From Paramecium tetraurelia (taxonomy: Eukaryota), in assembly GCA_000165425.1 (NCBI GenBank), contig CT868363.1:248001-312000 (forward strand): a stretch of 64,000 nt of DNA, read 5' to 3'. Made by a program: the position numbers and the translations under genes. Each line of letters starts with the position of its first letter. The stretch's first letter is position 1. The notes under the pieces were generated by a model that saw only the letters and a program-made list of their open reading frames with translations, was not told where the DNA came from and did no database searches. This document shows positions 26,254-38,967 of this stretch, in pieces.

Positions 26254-26591
26254 TCATTCAGATTTTTATTATTTAGAGAATTCTTTTAGCTTCGCCAAGT
26301 TGTCTATCTAATCCTCATTCAATAATGCTTTTTCCTCTGAAGTTAAATCTCTTCCAATCTGTTTTGATTTATCCAATTCCTCAATGTAAATAGCCCTTCA
26401 GAATTAATAAATTGATACCATCTCTTCAAAAATTCTATGTATTGTTCTTGATTTGCTTTTTGGTGAGCTTGTCTGAATTCCTCCTTTACGTAAGCATCTC
26501 CCAGTATTCTCATCTCAGGCCTTAACTTTCTTCTGTGTTACTTTAATATTGTATAGAACACCTGCATTCCTATCCCTTTTAATTAATCCAT
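26254..26591 (-). CDS. SDHAF3: Succinate dehydrogenase assembly factor 3 (ACN9/Sdh7, LYRM family)
   Basis: FYTILKQHRRKLRPEMRILGDAYVKEEFRQAH...FLKRWAIY...GRDL; one intron. Confidence 0.88.
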
Positions 26592-26738
26592 TTATTTAAT
26601 ATTAAAATAAAGGATCAATACTATTTTATATATGCAAATTTCATTTGATTAATTATAAATGCTCCTTTATTAGATGCTAATATTGTAAAATATTATATCA
26701 TAAGGGTTTTAATTAATAAAAATATTAAAATATTGAGT

Positions 26739-27175
26739 ATGTCAACTTCATTGGAAAGTTAAATATTATTGGCAATTTGGACTATGTATTAACGCAATCA
26801 GATTTCAATGGAATAAAAGGGATGCATAAAGGGTAACTATCAAATTTATCAAGATTTGTTAATTAGAAAGGATAATAATTTATACTCAACTATTTGTCAT
26901 TGCAAGAGATAAGATCAAATTGAGGAAAGGTTACTTGACATTCTGAATTGTATTTATCATCAATTTGGTTTGATTAGGGTTCTCCAAGAGATATGGATGC
27001 TGAAGAAAACTCATATCCAATTTTCAGATTAAGCAATTAATCTAGTTCTCCTACAACTACCTTATCCTAATGTCATTATCCTGAGAAAAGGTTTCGATTT
27101 AAGAGTTCAAATAATGAAAGCGACCCTTCTTAGAATATCATTAAAATTCGATCTAGCTCTTATCATCATAAATGA
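26739..27175 (+). CDS. Small hypothetical protein (3' splicing uncertain)
   Basis: MSTSLESQILLAIWTMYQRNQISMEQKGCIKDLLIRKD across a 21-nt intron. Confidence 0.55.
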
Positions 27176-28352
27176 ATTTTTATTTTTATATAATCATCTC
27201 AAACTTTAACTAAATCCGATATTCATTTTATGCATTATCCAAAAAGCCATACTAAATTAATCGATCACTGTATTTAGGATTATTAATTCTTATTCTAATT
27301 ATTATTAGTTGTTTCGTAATCATATTTCTACACTATTTATGTTCAATATAAACAACTTCTTTTATCATAGAATTATATATCTATTCATAATAAGCAAATA
27401 ATGACTTCAAAAATAAATAAATATTAATTTCTCATTTCAAATTCATATGGAATTTTTATTATTAAACTAATTATTATGGATGCTGTTTTTCTTAATAGAG
27501 TAAGTTAGAAAAAATTATTTCTTATTCCTTGATATAAACAAGTTCTCAATCCATTAATTGATCGAAATCATTTATGAGAGGGTAAATAGATAATTTTAGA
27601 AATAAAACTTCTGATATTATAGTACAGCAAATAAATGTATAAATACTTCATATATCATAATAACTAGCATAAATAAGATGTATCTATTATTATAAAAATT
27701 CATTAAGAGAAAATTAATGAAGTTAAATTTACAAAACAACTTTTTCTATATTTTCGAATAAAATTGATGAATTAATTCTGTACTATTTGGTTAACTTGGT
27801 ACCTTTAAGTTTGCATAGTCTATTAAGAATTTTAACTTCGGTTAAATTTTTTTTTATTATTAATAATCTATTGCTATAAAGTTGAGTTTACACTTAAGTT
27901 TTTCAATAAAAATTATTTCGTTTGTACTTTATTAATTGTTTTAATTAATTATTTTACTCATCCTAAACCTTCTTATTGGTTGAAGTCAGAGTTGAATTCT
28001 TAGATTAGAGAATGTGGAGTTGGTAGAGAAAGCTTTTATACCTCTTCTTAAATGGAGAATCATTAATAGCCATTCTAAATCAGCATATATGTAATTTATA
28101 TATAAATCTGTTGGACTTTATCTATAGCAAAATCATGAATATTTTTGCGTTTTTCTATCATTTGTTTAAGGTATTTGTAAGGATCAAAATAGAAGAGATC
28201 CTTTTAGATTGAATTATATAATGCATTCAAAATAGCATTAATAAACATAAATCTAATTCTTTAATGTTTTATTTGTAACAATTGTTTAATTATACAATTG
28301 CATAATAATTCAATTACAATTTCTTACATTTTTTCAGCATAATTTGACTTAA

Positions 28353-28425
28353 TTTTTTCAACTTATCGAAAAAATGTACAATTATTTTTTCAACTTATAG
28401 AAAAAATGTACAATATTTTTTTCAA
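28353..28425. repeat. Tandem 32-bp duplication (2.3 copies)
   Basis: ttttttcaacttatcgaaaaaatgtacaatta / ttttttcaacttatagaaaaaatgtacaatat / ttttttcaa. Confidence 0.9.
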
Positions 28426-29796
28426 TGATTAATGTTTGCAATAGAGACCAGGAGAGGAATCACTGTTGATTTTAAAGAAGATCTATATTGGAATTAGGGA
28501 GTTTGATAATTCTATTTGAAGACTATAAATTTGGATGATCTTCAATATATTTTGTTTATCCAAAATTAATCATTAGAGTGGTAGTTCTCTTGAAAAATTG
28601 ATAATATATCAAAATATTAATCTAGATCAACAATGTTTAAGTGAGATGGAAGTTTTTCCGAAATAATGTGCAATGTAAATTAAAGGGTGTAATGGAGCCG
28701 AAATGAGCGAGAGAAGAACCAAGATTATGGGGTTCTTATAAAATCAAAAGACAATATTATTATTCATCAAAATGAATAACAAAATCTTCTCATTTTAAAA
28801 CACAAATACTTTAGCTCAAGCATTAACCAATAAAATACATGAATTGGAGTACCAGTCAAAAAAAGGTACCAAATACCCTTTTGGCAACAATGAAGACTTT
28901 GTGGGGATAGGGTAGATGATTTTAGAGTTTTTTTTCTCTGATTACTTGATTTAAAGAGGGTAAGTAATATTGAAATTACACATAGTTATCCAAATAAAGA
29001 AACTTAAATAAAAAAGTCTAGCGATCTTGTGTTGCTGAGACAAAGATTATTAAGTGAAAGGAATTTGGCTGATATTGCACTTAGCTATAAGATTGATAAT
29101 ATCGTGCAAGTAGGAAACTAGATCAATTTAAAGTAAGAAATATTGTGCATAATAGAAAAAACCCCAAAATCCTTGCTGAAACTCTTAAATCCATAATAGC
29201 TGCTTAGTATTATGATTCAGGTTACGATCTAGATCATTTAAGAGAAGTTGTCTAGCCTATACTGAAATAAGTTTTGGATAAGTAATAAAATGTAACTACT
29301 AAAATGTAGAGGACAAGCAGTGCCTTTGGTGGAGCTAAAATAGAATCCTAAATCAGCATTTTTGGAATTTGTGAATGGGTGTACGAATTTGAAACCAAAA
29401 GTTTCTGTTGAATGGAAGAAAGACTCTTCCTAGAATGGAAACCCAATCAACATATATTAGGTTTAATTGGAATTGAATAATCTATTATTGATTAAAAGGG
29501 AGGGAGTTAATAAGAGAAACACTGAATAATTAGTTTATAGAGATGCTTTAAAAAGACTTAAATAGATTTAATTAAACTAATCGTATTCATAAGGATCGCA
29601 AAATTAACCAACAAAAACTTAAGATAAAGAATTTGCTGAAGAAATTACTATTTTAGATGAGTTAGAGACTTCTATTATTGAGTCTAGTCAATTTTTTTAA
29701 TTTTCTGATCTAAGAGACTCTGATCTAAGTTTGTTAGAAAATTAGGGTACTTTAGGATAAAAGGTAGAGTCCCTATTGGAACAGTTTGCATTATGA
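28406..29796 (+). CDS. RNase III-like protein (single RNase III domain + dsRBD) with degenerate catalytic site; 5' end uncertain
   Basis: FQNTNTLAQALT..NNEDFVGIGQMILEFFFSDYL..LRQRLLSERNLADIA..KILAETLKSIIAAQYYDSG; then NPKSAFLEFV..YQVQLEL..EGVNKRNTEQLVYRDALKRL; 4 tiny introns. Confidence 0.82.
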
Positions 29797-30185
29797 TTAT
29801 AATTTTATCACTCCAAATAATATTAAATATTAAGAACCGAGTTAATTTAACAATCTTTTAAATCCTTCTGCATTATAGTTAATAGAGCAATTATTCTAAA
29901 TCAATCATAAATAACTTATTAAATCAACATTTGAATCCTTAATTTACTAAATCTATTCCAAAACCTTAATTGCTTTTCTTTTTAATGAAAATGAGGAGTT
30001 CTCATTAAACTATACATACTTTATAGATGTTGTTTCATTATATATTGAATTTCGTCTTAGATATATTAATAAATAATTTGTCTATTAAATAAGCTGTAAC
30101 TTTATTTATTTGATCATTGTAATTTTTTAATAATATAAATTTAATAAAAATAAGATGTTTGGATGCCACTTGAAATAATAATATA

Positions 30186-32840
30186 TCATTTTGAATTCGA
30201 TGATTTCAGGTTGTCATTCAATAATTTTTTGTAAGAATACCCATTAAACAAATGTCCATCAGCTTTATAAAACTTGTTCTGAAATTCAACCCTTTCATTA
30301 AAGTATACAGTACCAATGCAAACGAAGAGCATGCAAAAAGCATTCCATAACATCCATTGTCATTAACACTCCAAAAGTAAGCAAAGCAAAGATGATATAA
30401 AAGTACCCTCCCAAAAACCCACCTATGATGCCTCCTGTATCTAATTTGCCAGCCAAACACATATCATAGAACACCTCCGCCAATTAACCATGTGCTAATG
30501 ATAAAGCCCAAAGACGAAGATATGATGCCGTATTGCTGATTCCTCCCAAAACAAATTCAATTGTTTCAATCATTTAATGAACCCAAATCTCGCCCGAATC
30601 ATGTTATTCGTGATTTTGCTCAGTAAAACTTTTATGATTAGCTGCATTTTGTAAGTCATTATGAAATTGTGAATTGTTATCATCATCGATATCTGAAACT
30701 TGTTTTTCTAATACCAAAGGCTAATATTGAGAATCAGACATAGACACTTTGTTCTTATCACTCTTACCACCCAAAATCAATGGTTTAGGAAGAAGCATCC
30801 AAGGTATACAGACAACAGCAATCAATGTTAGAATTTGTGTTATTTGTAACTGAAACTCAGGATTGTTTGGAAAAACAGGATTAACAGGCTTGTCAAATGG
30901 TTTCAAGACTTGGTTAATCATAGTTTCAATAATGCTTGGATCAGTATTATTTTCATATGAGTTCAACCATTTGACTATTATAATTAAGTCCATCCATCCA
31001 AAGGTACAAATCATGAATAACAATTGAGGAATAAATTCACAAAAAAAGTCTACATAGTTTTTAAAATACAAGGTATTGACTCCTTTCATTAGAATACCAA
31101 ATAACATATGAATCACACCTAAAATGACAGATAGTTTCATTTTATATGAATTCATGAAATTCAAACTTGAACCAGAAGCTTACCAAACTGGATCAACACC
31201 AAATGGATAAACGCAATCTTTTGATTCTCTTTTCCATTCTCCATTTTCTGGTGTATAACAGCTGCCAAAAAGATTCAAAGATATCGATAGGTAATCATTA
31301 TAAATGATTCCATTATAAAGTGCAAAGAATCCCATCAATACTACTAGATATCTGAATGGTATCATCAAATTGAACATTGAATCTGTTTATTTAAGGAGTT
31401 ACTTTTTCCAAAATATTAAATAAATTCCACACAGAAATAGCATAAAACCATGAGCTATATCTGCAAACATTACTCCAAATAAGAATGGAAACGTTATTAT
31501 GGTGAATAAACCAGGGTTGACTTCCTAATATCGAGGTACGCCATAAGTATTAACGATTTCTTAGAAAGGCATAGTAACTTCATTCAAATTGAAATAAGTA
31601 GGAGGAGTTATTGATTATGGTTTTATTTCTTGAATTTAACCAGTTGGATAATGATCTCGATTATTTTGCATAGCATTTCTGAGTTTTTCTTCAACCATTA
31701 CTTCCAATCCTTCTGGCAACCAAAAATATCCTGTAAAGATTGATCCTCTCATTGTTAAGTAATTTAAATTTACATAAAGATACTTCTCCTTCAATACATA
31801 TAAACGCATGTATTCAAAATAAGAGCAATTACATCCCTATTTCTACAAAACCAAATCATCTAATGATTACTCCAATTATTTCTTTGTCATTTCTATTAAA
31901 TTCTTAGCTTCCTATAATTACTAAGTTAAGTCTATCATTTTTTTTTGCAATTAATCCATCGAGTTTGGATACTCAATTCTCTATCTATTAAATGAGTCAC
32001 ACACTTTCATCAATTTCATTCTCAAAGAACCTGATTCTTCAGCTCCAGGATATACAATTACAAAGAGACATCTTGGTTAAGATGTATTATTCTACCTATC
32101 TATTAATATTATACTTAATTAAGGTGAAATGATTTTCTCATGGAATTATCTATTTATTCATTATTTAAATCTTTAATTTAGACCCATGCGTTGCCTTTAG
32201 TAACTCTAAATATAATTCTTTTAAATCTCACTTCTTCTTCTTTATCAATTACACCTATTAATTAACCAAATTTTAATTATTAATATTCATTTGCATTATG
32301 TGGTGTTTATCTAGATATTAATAAAAATTTTTAGAATACTATTAGAACATTGATTGACCTAGAATTTCTTTTGCATTTTCCAAGACCAATTATTATTCTG
32401 TTATTACATTCACTCTATCCAATATATTATGCAAATTAGCAGATTACTCTTGGATTTATATTTTTTTTTGATCTATTTCTGACTCCAATTCATCAAAATA
32501 CGTATGACCTGGCTTCATTCGATTGTATTGAACTTCTTGGAAGTGATCCAGCAAACCGTCTACGTTTTCACAATAATTAAGATCTTTTTTGAATTCCTTT
32601 AGGAGTAGCTCTAGACAACTCAATTTAAAAAGTGAATCATCACATCTTATATATGGATTAATTTTATTGATACCTTTTAACATAATTAGCAAAGGGTCTA
32701 TTAATCATAGGTAATTGTGGATCATAATCTACAAAATGCAATTATCCTAATCTTGCTAATTCATTCATCACAACCCAGGCACTTTCTCTTGGAATTACTA
32801 AACTATAATATCTCATCTTTTTGGACCTAAAGAAACTCAT
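30186..32840 (-). CDS. ATP6V0A: V-type H+-ATPase V0 subunit a
   Basis: MSFFRS.., [67 protein letters not shown]. Confidence 0.97.
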
Positions 32841-32877
32841 ATTAATATTATATTTATTGAATGTATTAAACATTTTA

Positions 32878-34048
32878 TCAATCATCATCGTCGTCTTCTT
32901 TCTTAATTTGAATTTTTGCCATCTGTTCCTATAATTTCAATTCGTCCTCTTCTGAAGCAGGTACTTCTGCTTGAATTACTATGTCAGCTGTTTTCATAGA
33001 TTCTACTGCTTTCAGAATTTCCTCAGTGTATCCCCCTGGAATTTCTATGTTAATAGGTGGCCTAATCTTACAATCAATAATTACCAGAATTTCGTCAAAT
33101 TAGCTACTTTTCCTCCATATTATTCCTCTAATTAATTTGCAGGAATGCGCTCTTAAATTTTTGCATATTCATTTGGCTTCAACATTTGTATTTTTTCCAT
33201 AGTATCAGCATCAGCAACCGCTTTGAATAATCCAAATTTAAATACCTGAAACCATTTTCCATGAAAAACTCAAAGAACTTGAAGGATTTAACAAATATAA
33301 TTTGTCCAAACAACCACAAAAATTCACTTGCATTGTCTTTGTTGCAATTTAAATTGCCTATCATATAGATATTGAAATTAATACTTTAAATGGAAATTTA
33401 GAAAGTCCTAATTTTTTTGTATCCATTATGAAAACCCAGTTTTCGATCTTTCCTGGAATAAAACAATTTTTCTTTATTATTCCAAAATAGTAGCTTAATG
33501 CATTGATATAGACCTCTTCATTAAACTAAAATTATGTTTATTATTCACCTATTTCAAATTGACTAATTCAAGATTCATTATTATGATTGGTCTTTGCTAT
33601 TTATCTCTTCCAAAGGTGTAAACTATGCCTTTTTGTAAAAATGCGACATTGATATCAGTAGGTTAGAAGTTGTTTGGGACTGCTCTCCATGCTAAATGAG
33701 ATTGTAAGACTTTTAAGTAATTCTTATCTTTGAATTTCCCACAATACACCATCTTCAATGTATCACAGTCCTGCCAACTATTAAGAAGATATTAATTTAT
33801 TTTACTCTGCAGGTAATTATATTTTATTCTTTGCGATTATTTTCATGAAATCTGCCATCTTTTCCTTTTCATAAGCATCATACGGCACATTCTCCCAAAT
33901 TCTTCTCTAACTTTTTGATCTTTCCTTTCTCTTTATGTACTATGCTAAATCAATTAAAAGTATTCATACGATCATGCACTATTGCATCAACTAAATATTA
34001 AGCTGGTCTTAGATATTCAAAATTCAGAACCACCTATTATTATTGCAT
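32878..34048 (-). CDS. CRAL-TRIO/Sec14-like lipid-binding protein
   Basis: YTFGRDKQQRPIIIMN, FIPGKIENWVFIMD, IVKSFKFF, QLEEQYGG motifs. Confidence 0.85.
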
Positions 34049-34349
34049 ATTAATTTTATTTTAAAATGAGAGAGTTTTAAATTACACTTATTTTTATCTT
34101 AATATCTAATAACAATTCAACCAATTCTCAAATAATATTGCAAACAATATCACATATAAAAGTGTAGAAATGAATATCATGGATTGATATCTAAAAGGGA
34201 ACTACCAATTATGGTATTATTGTATATTGAGAAATAACAGTAATGAGAAATTTATATAAAGATTTTAGAAATATAAATAAATTTAAAGAGATTAGTGAAA
34301 TATATTCCAGTGAAGAAAATAAAATGTGATATTAAAATTATTCTTTATT

Positions 34350-34920
34350 TATTCTTTTATTTTTTATTGTTCGCTCTCTATTTTGTACAAAAATTCTTGA
34401 ATTAATCTCAACTTAAGGTACCGTAATTGTTAATTTTTGCATACTAATCCATTTCTCTGAACTCTTGGAGAGTGTATCTTTCAGAAATTAATCATTAATT
34501 CTTTTGAATCTTCAAATATACTTTTACTTTTTTACCAAATCAATATTATTTGTACAACTCTCTCAACTCTTCATCATCCTCTAATAGAACTTGGAATTAA
34601 ATAAAAATTACCATTAAAATATCAAAATTAACTTGCCTTGATCCACCTTAATTAAGATTTTGAATTATATTAACCATGTCCTCAATGCTCTTTTTCAAAT
34701 TGAAGGGCACAATGCATTTTTCAATTCATTTTTCTAAAAAGAGATTTTATGAAATTTATTATAAGATAGAGACCACTCTTATCAACATCAAAATCAAAAT
34801 TTTCAAAATAATCATTGATTTTAAAGACATCATCCTTGTCAAGTCCCTCGGCTTGATATACTTCAATGGATCAAAGCGATTAACTAATTGTAGATCTTAT
34901 TGTTCGGTAGGTTTTAATCT
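34350..34920 (-). pseudogene. Decayed EF-hand centrin-like gene
   Basis: Fragments FDPLKYIKP/GLDKDDVFKI..FDVDKSG, NLNQGGSRQVNFD, EDDEELRELY, ISERYTLQEFREM..GTLS*DQF with frameshifts and 3 in-frame TGA (34540, 34492, 34408). Confidence 0.65.
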
Positions 34921-35111
34921 TTGGAAGAAGATGTTTATCTTATAGCTTTGTAAGATATTTCAGTTAAGAGGCTGTTCAATAAGAATAATTAATAACAAGA
35001 AAAGCTCAAAGTAGAATGAATTGCAAAATATAAAACCCATCTTAATTATAAGGGAATTGAATTATATTCAATAAGTGAGAATTATTATTATTGACAAATT
35101 ACCAATTTATA

Positions 35112-35537
35112 TCATTGTTCATCTTCTGTAAGGATCATATTAGGTATTCCATTTGTGATTGGATAATTTCTTTTACATGATGGATTAGGGCAAGTCAATT
35201 GGCCATCCATAATGTGGGTCTATAAAAAATTCTTTCTTTAAATTATTACCTCAAATAAAACTCGATGCAAGTCTTTTAAAAAGACTAAGTCTTAATCCAC
35301 ATTTGGAGGAATTTGCTTAGGGAATTACTTGAATCCAAGCTACATGATAAATCAGTCTTTTACTTCTCTGACTGTATTAGATAATACTTCAAAATCAAGT
35401 TTTGGAATTAATTTTAAAATTGCGTCTTTTTTGAATTCTAATTCCATTATTACGCTTTTATTGACTTCTATTTTAAGAGGATAATTGTTCTTATCACATT
35501 TGTTACACATAAGTAAATTGTGAACCAACAATCTCAT
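35112..35537 (-). CDS. TRM112: Methyltransferase activator Trm112
   Basis: [45 protein letters not shown]; two introns. Confidence 0.95.
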
Positions 35538-35831
35538 ATTAATTAAATAATTATATGTACTAAAATGTATTCATTTTTCTTTAATGTGTAAATCAACAAG
35601 TAAATGCTAATAATAATTCATAAATCACACTTCTGAATAGGTTTTAGAACATACAGATAGTCCATTCATTAATGGTTGAATTTACTATATATATTTTTTT
35701 AAACCACATGATAAAATTCATGAAATTAGTTTTTACATTTTATTTGATATATATAATGACTTTGAATTATGGAAAAGTTACTGATCAAGAGAAACAAAGA
35801 GATGTTACAATAAACATATTTTTTATATAAA

Positions 35832-36203
35832 TCAAAGTATTAATTACCTACGTTTTTGAATCAAAGTACTTTAGTTGATACTTTTTAGCTTTGGTACCTT
35901 TCGTTTTACATTGTATAATTTATCATAAACAAAATAGTATCTTTTTGAATTTGGTGAGTCATGCACACTGACTATTCTATTTACAAACTCCCTTTAGCAT
36001 TGTTCCTATGTTGCTTTTTCAGAATTTTAATGTAGCTCGTCTGTGTCTAATAAACATATCTCTGAATTTGGACTCTCTCCACCAATTTGTTCTTCCTCCC
36101 AACATGGAGGTTCAAAACTATCTTAAACTTATTCCTAATTCTTCGATTAGTAAATTGTATTAATCATATGACCATTTGGATTGGTAGATGTACATACTCC
36201 CAT
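35832..36203 (-). CDS. Small hypothetical protein with N-terminal MGVC acylation motif
   Basis: Intronless code-6 ORF MGVCTSTN...VPKLKSINQSTLIQKRRQLIL*. Confidence 0.65.
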
Positions 36204-36731
36204 TTTTTAGTAAAGGAGACTGAATAATTTAATAATAAATATTACTCGAAAATTTTATTATATCAACATAAATAGTTTATTTCAAATAGTATAAAGGAAA
36301 AACAAAGTTTACATGATTAATAACAGAAAACTATTAGAACGCCATTTTTATTTGGCACAACCCAAATTATCAGTAACAAAGTAGCACCAAAAGTACACAC
36401 AAGCTCTAGTCGTAGGTTCTGGTCTCTTCTAAGAAACAGAAGCACAAGCAGAGAAAATCGTTTTTTCAATAGCTGAAGGCAATTAAATACTTAATATAAA
36501 CTAAAAAAATTAATAGAATTTAAGTTAATTAAGTAAACAATATTATAGAAATAATTGCTATCATTTCCATAATGTTTTTGATTCATTTTAAGAATTAGTA
36601 AGTGACTTTAAATTATAATGAATTGTATATAGCAATACATCAGATTATTATAATCCATCTAGTACAATAAGAATTACAGTTATCTTATTTATTAAAATAT
36701 ATAGAAGTAATTTAAAATGATGAATTTTCAA

Positions 36732-38582
36732 TCACTCAGATTGTGTAGGTTAGGCACCTCTAAGAAGTTTTATCTAGGTGTCATCTCTAATAACATGTAG
36801 ATGCAGGACTTTTTATCGATTTGTCTTTCTGGAGTTATATTAAACCTACCAGAGCATATCTTACCCCTCTTAACAGTTTTGAAATTGTAACTAAATAAAT
36901 ATAATAAATTTTATTTTGGAAATTTAGTTTTTTGAAATATACAATTCTTTTTAAAAGTTATATAGAATAATTTGATTAATCATCTTCTTATTAGGTTTTC
37001 TTTTTAGGTCATGAAATTTTGATATTGCATATTTAACACATCATGGATTGTACAAGCTCGATTTATCAACTGCTATTTTGTGGTCATCTTTTCTTATGAG
37101 TTTTTGTTCTCTCTTGGACAATGAGTAGAGGGTTCTCTTTGATAAGGAACATCACGAGAAGCATAATTGGGTTTTTCTGGTACTTTAGGAGATTCTGCTG
37201 ATTGTTTCAAATTTTTTTTATCGAAAACATCGAATAATTAATCCTTCCATTTGCTTACTAAATTATTCTTTTAAGATATCTAACTATCAAATAGTTTCTT
37301 AGAATTATTATTCCTACTCTTCTCGTCACTATCTTCATATTTGAATTTTGATTTAGGATTAGCATTCACACTCTCTTGTGTCAAAACCTTTTAATTTTTT
37401 TTATCCTTTTCTTTCTCTCTATAATCCTTAAACTCGTGGAGATCTTTACTCTCTCTAATCGTATTCTTTTCCAAGGATAGATGAGGTTTATCATTTTTTG
37501 GCCATAATTCATTAAGCTTCTCCGATTTAATAGGACTAAACTTGCTAAGTCGATCCTGTCTTTCAAAATGAACATTGAGTTTTGGATCCAAAGGTTTCTC
37601 ATCTGAATTACGATCCCTCATGAATATATCTTTCTATTTTAGGGATTGCGAGAAATCTTATAACAAATTAGGTACAGTGGCACATAACTAGGACTAGGCA
37701 TTTGTTGATAATTTAAGTAATTGTCTCTGTGTAGTTAATATTGAAGATTTCTATAATGTTATAAATATAATCATTACAATTTAGAGAGAAGAAGATGGAG
37801 CATTTAGAGCCTTTTCTATATCGATTAATAATTAGCTAATATCTTCTTAAGTCTTGTTCAAATTCTGATAGATAAGAGAGTTGATCTCTTCTTGAAACTA
37901 TGCCATTTACTATATTTGTTATTCAAGATCCTTTTCTTATTTCTGAATTTCCAATAACTGAATCATCTCAAGACTGTTTATATCATTAAAAGTCTAATTT
38001 TTCTTTTATTCCAAACTCAATATAAACTATTGATAATTTAGTAATATTTACCTGCTAATATTAACTATTGATTTCATCCTTAGTTTATTTGCATTTTGAT
38101 TGAAATTAGTGTTTCTAATCTTAAATATCCTTGATGGCTTCGAACTTAGATTTAAAACTCTTTTCTAATCTTTCTAAATACAATTATAGTCTTTCGTTGG
38201 CCATAGCATTCTTTTGATTCGATTAATGTTGAGATCCAACACTTTCTACTCCCAAATCACGTAAATCATCAATCACTTCAACCACTTCGCTATCGTTATT
38301 CAATTTTGGGTTAATTTAATTTTATTCAATTAACGGAACTATAATTTCCTTGATGACCATATGAAGGGCTTCAACTGTATCTTAATCAAGTTTAGTCAGT
38401 TGATTGCATTTGAAACACACTGCCACTCTTTCAAGTTCTTCTAGATTCTACTTCTCTTGTTGAATTTATAAGTAATTGTAGGCCAAACATATCAAACAAA
38501 ATTTATGATCGCATTCCAATTTTACATAAGTCTCTGGGACTGTCTAGCATTGATCACATTCAACATCCTATTAAGAATCCAT
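36732..38582 (-). CDS. N-terminal RING finger (C3HC4) + coiled-coil protein
   Basis: CDQC..LECDHKFCLIC..CFKC followed by a long Q/E/K-rich helical region. Confidence 0.8.
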
Positions 38583-38967
38583 TTTGATATTCTATACTAA
38601 TTTAATTAATATATAAATTTTATATCGTTAAAACTAATTGCATTTTAATCATTTCAAGTTGATTAGCATCTATTAAATATAGTTTTCATTTAAAATGAAC
38701 ATTATTTTCATTTTAAATGAAAGCTATTATAATTTCCAATTTTCTAAAGCTCTTGCACTGACGCATTTTCTATTAAAAGGATGAAGATTATTTAATATTT
38801 AATATTAGTTTTTAAAAAATTTAATCAGAATTAAAATGATCAACGATATTAATTACGAATTATTGCTGATATTTTATATTAGTACGCACTAAATGTGAAT
38901 AAAAATAGAAATTTATGTTTAATTTTTAAATAATTATAATAAAAACATATTAAAAATAACCTAAACC

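Noticed and set aside
27640..28260. Possible minus-strand ORF
   Set aside because: Frames could not be joined by canonical introns and there is no recognisable motif; may be a decayed gene
28353..28425. 32-bp repeat as a CRISPR array
   Set aside because: Units are directly adjacent with no spacers, there are no cas genes, and the DNA is eukaryotic
36300..36730. Coding-like plus-strand stretch
   Set aside because: Long TGA-free frames arise easily under code 6; no motif and no clear boundaries
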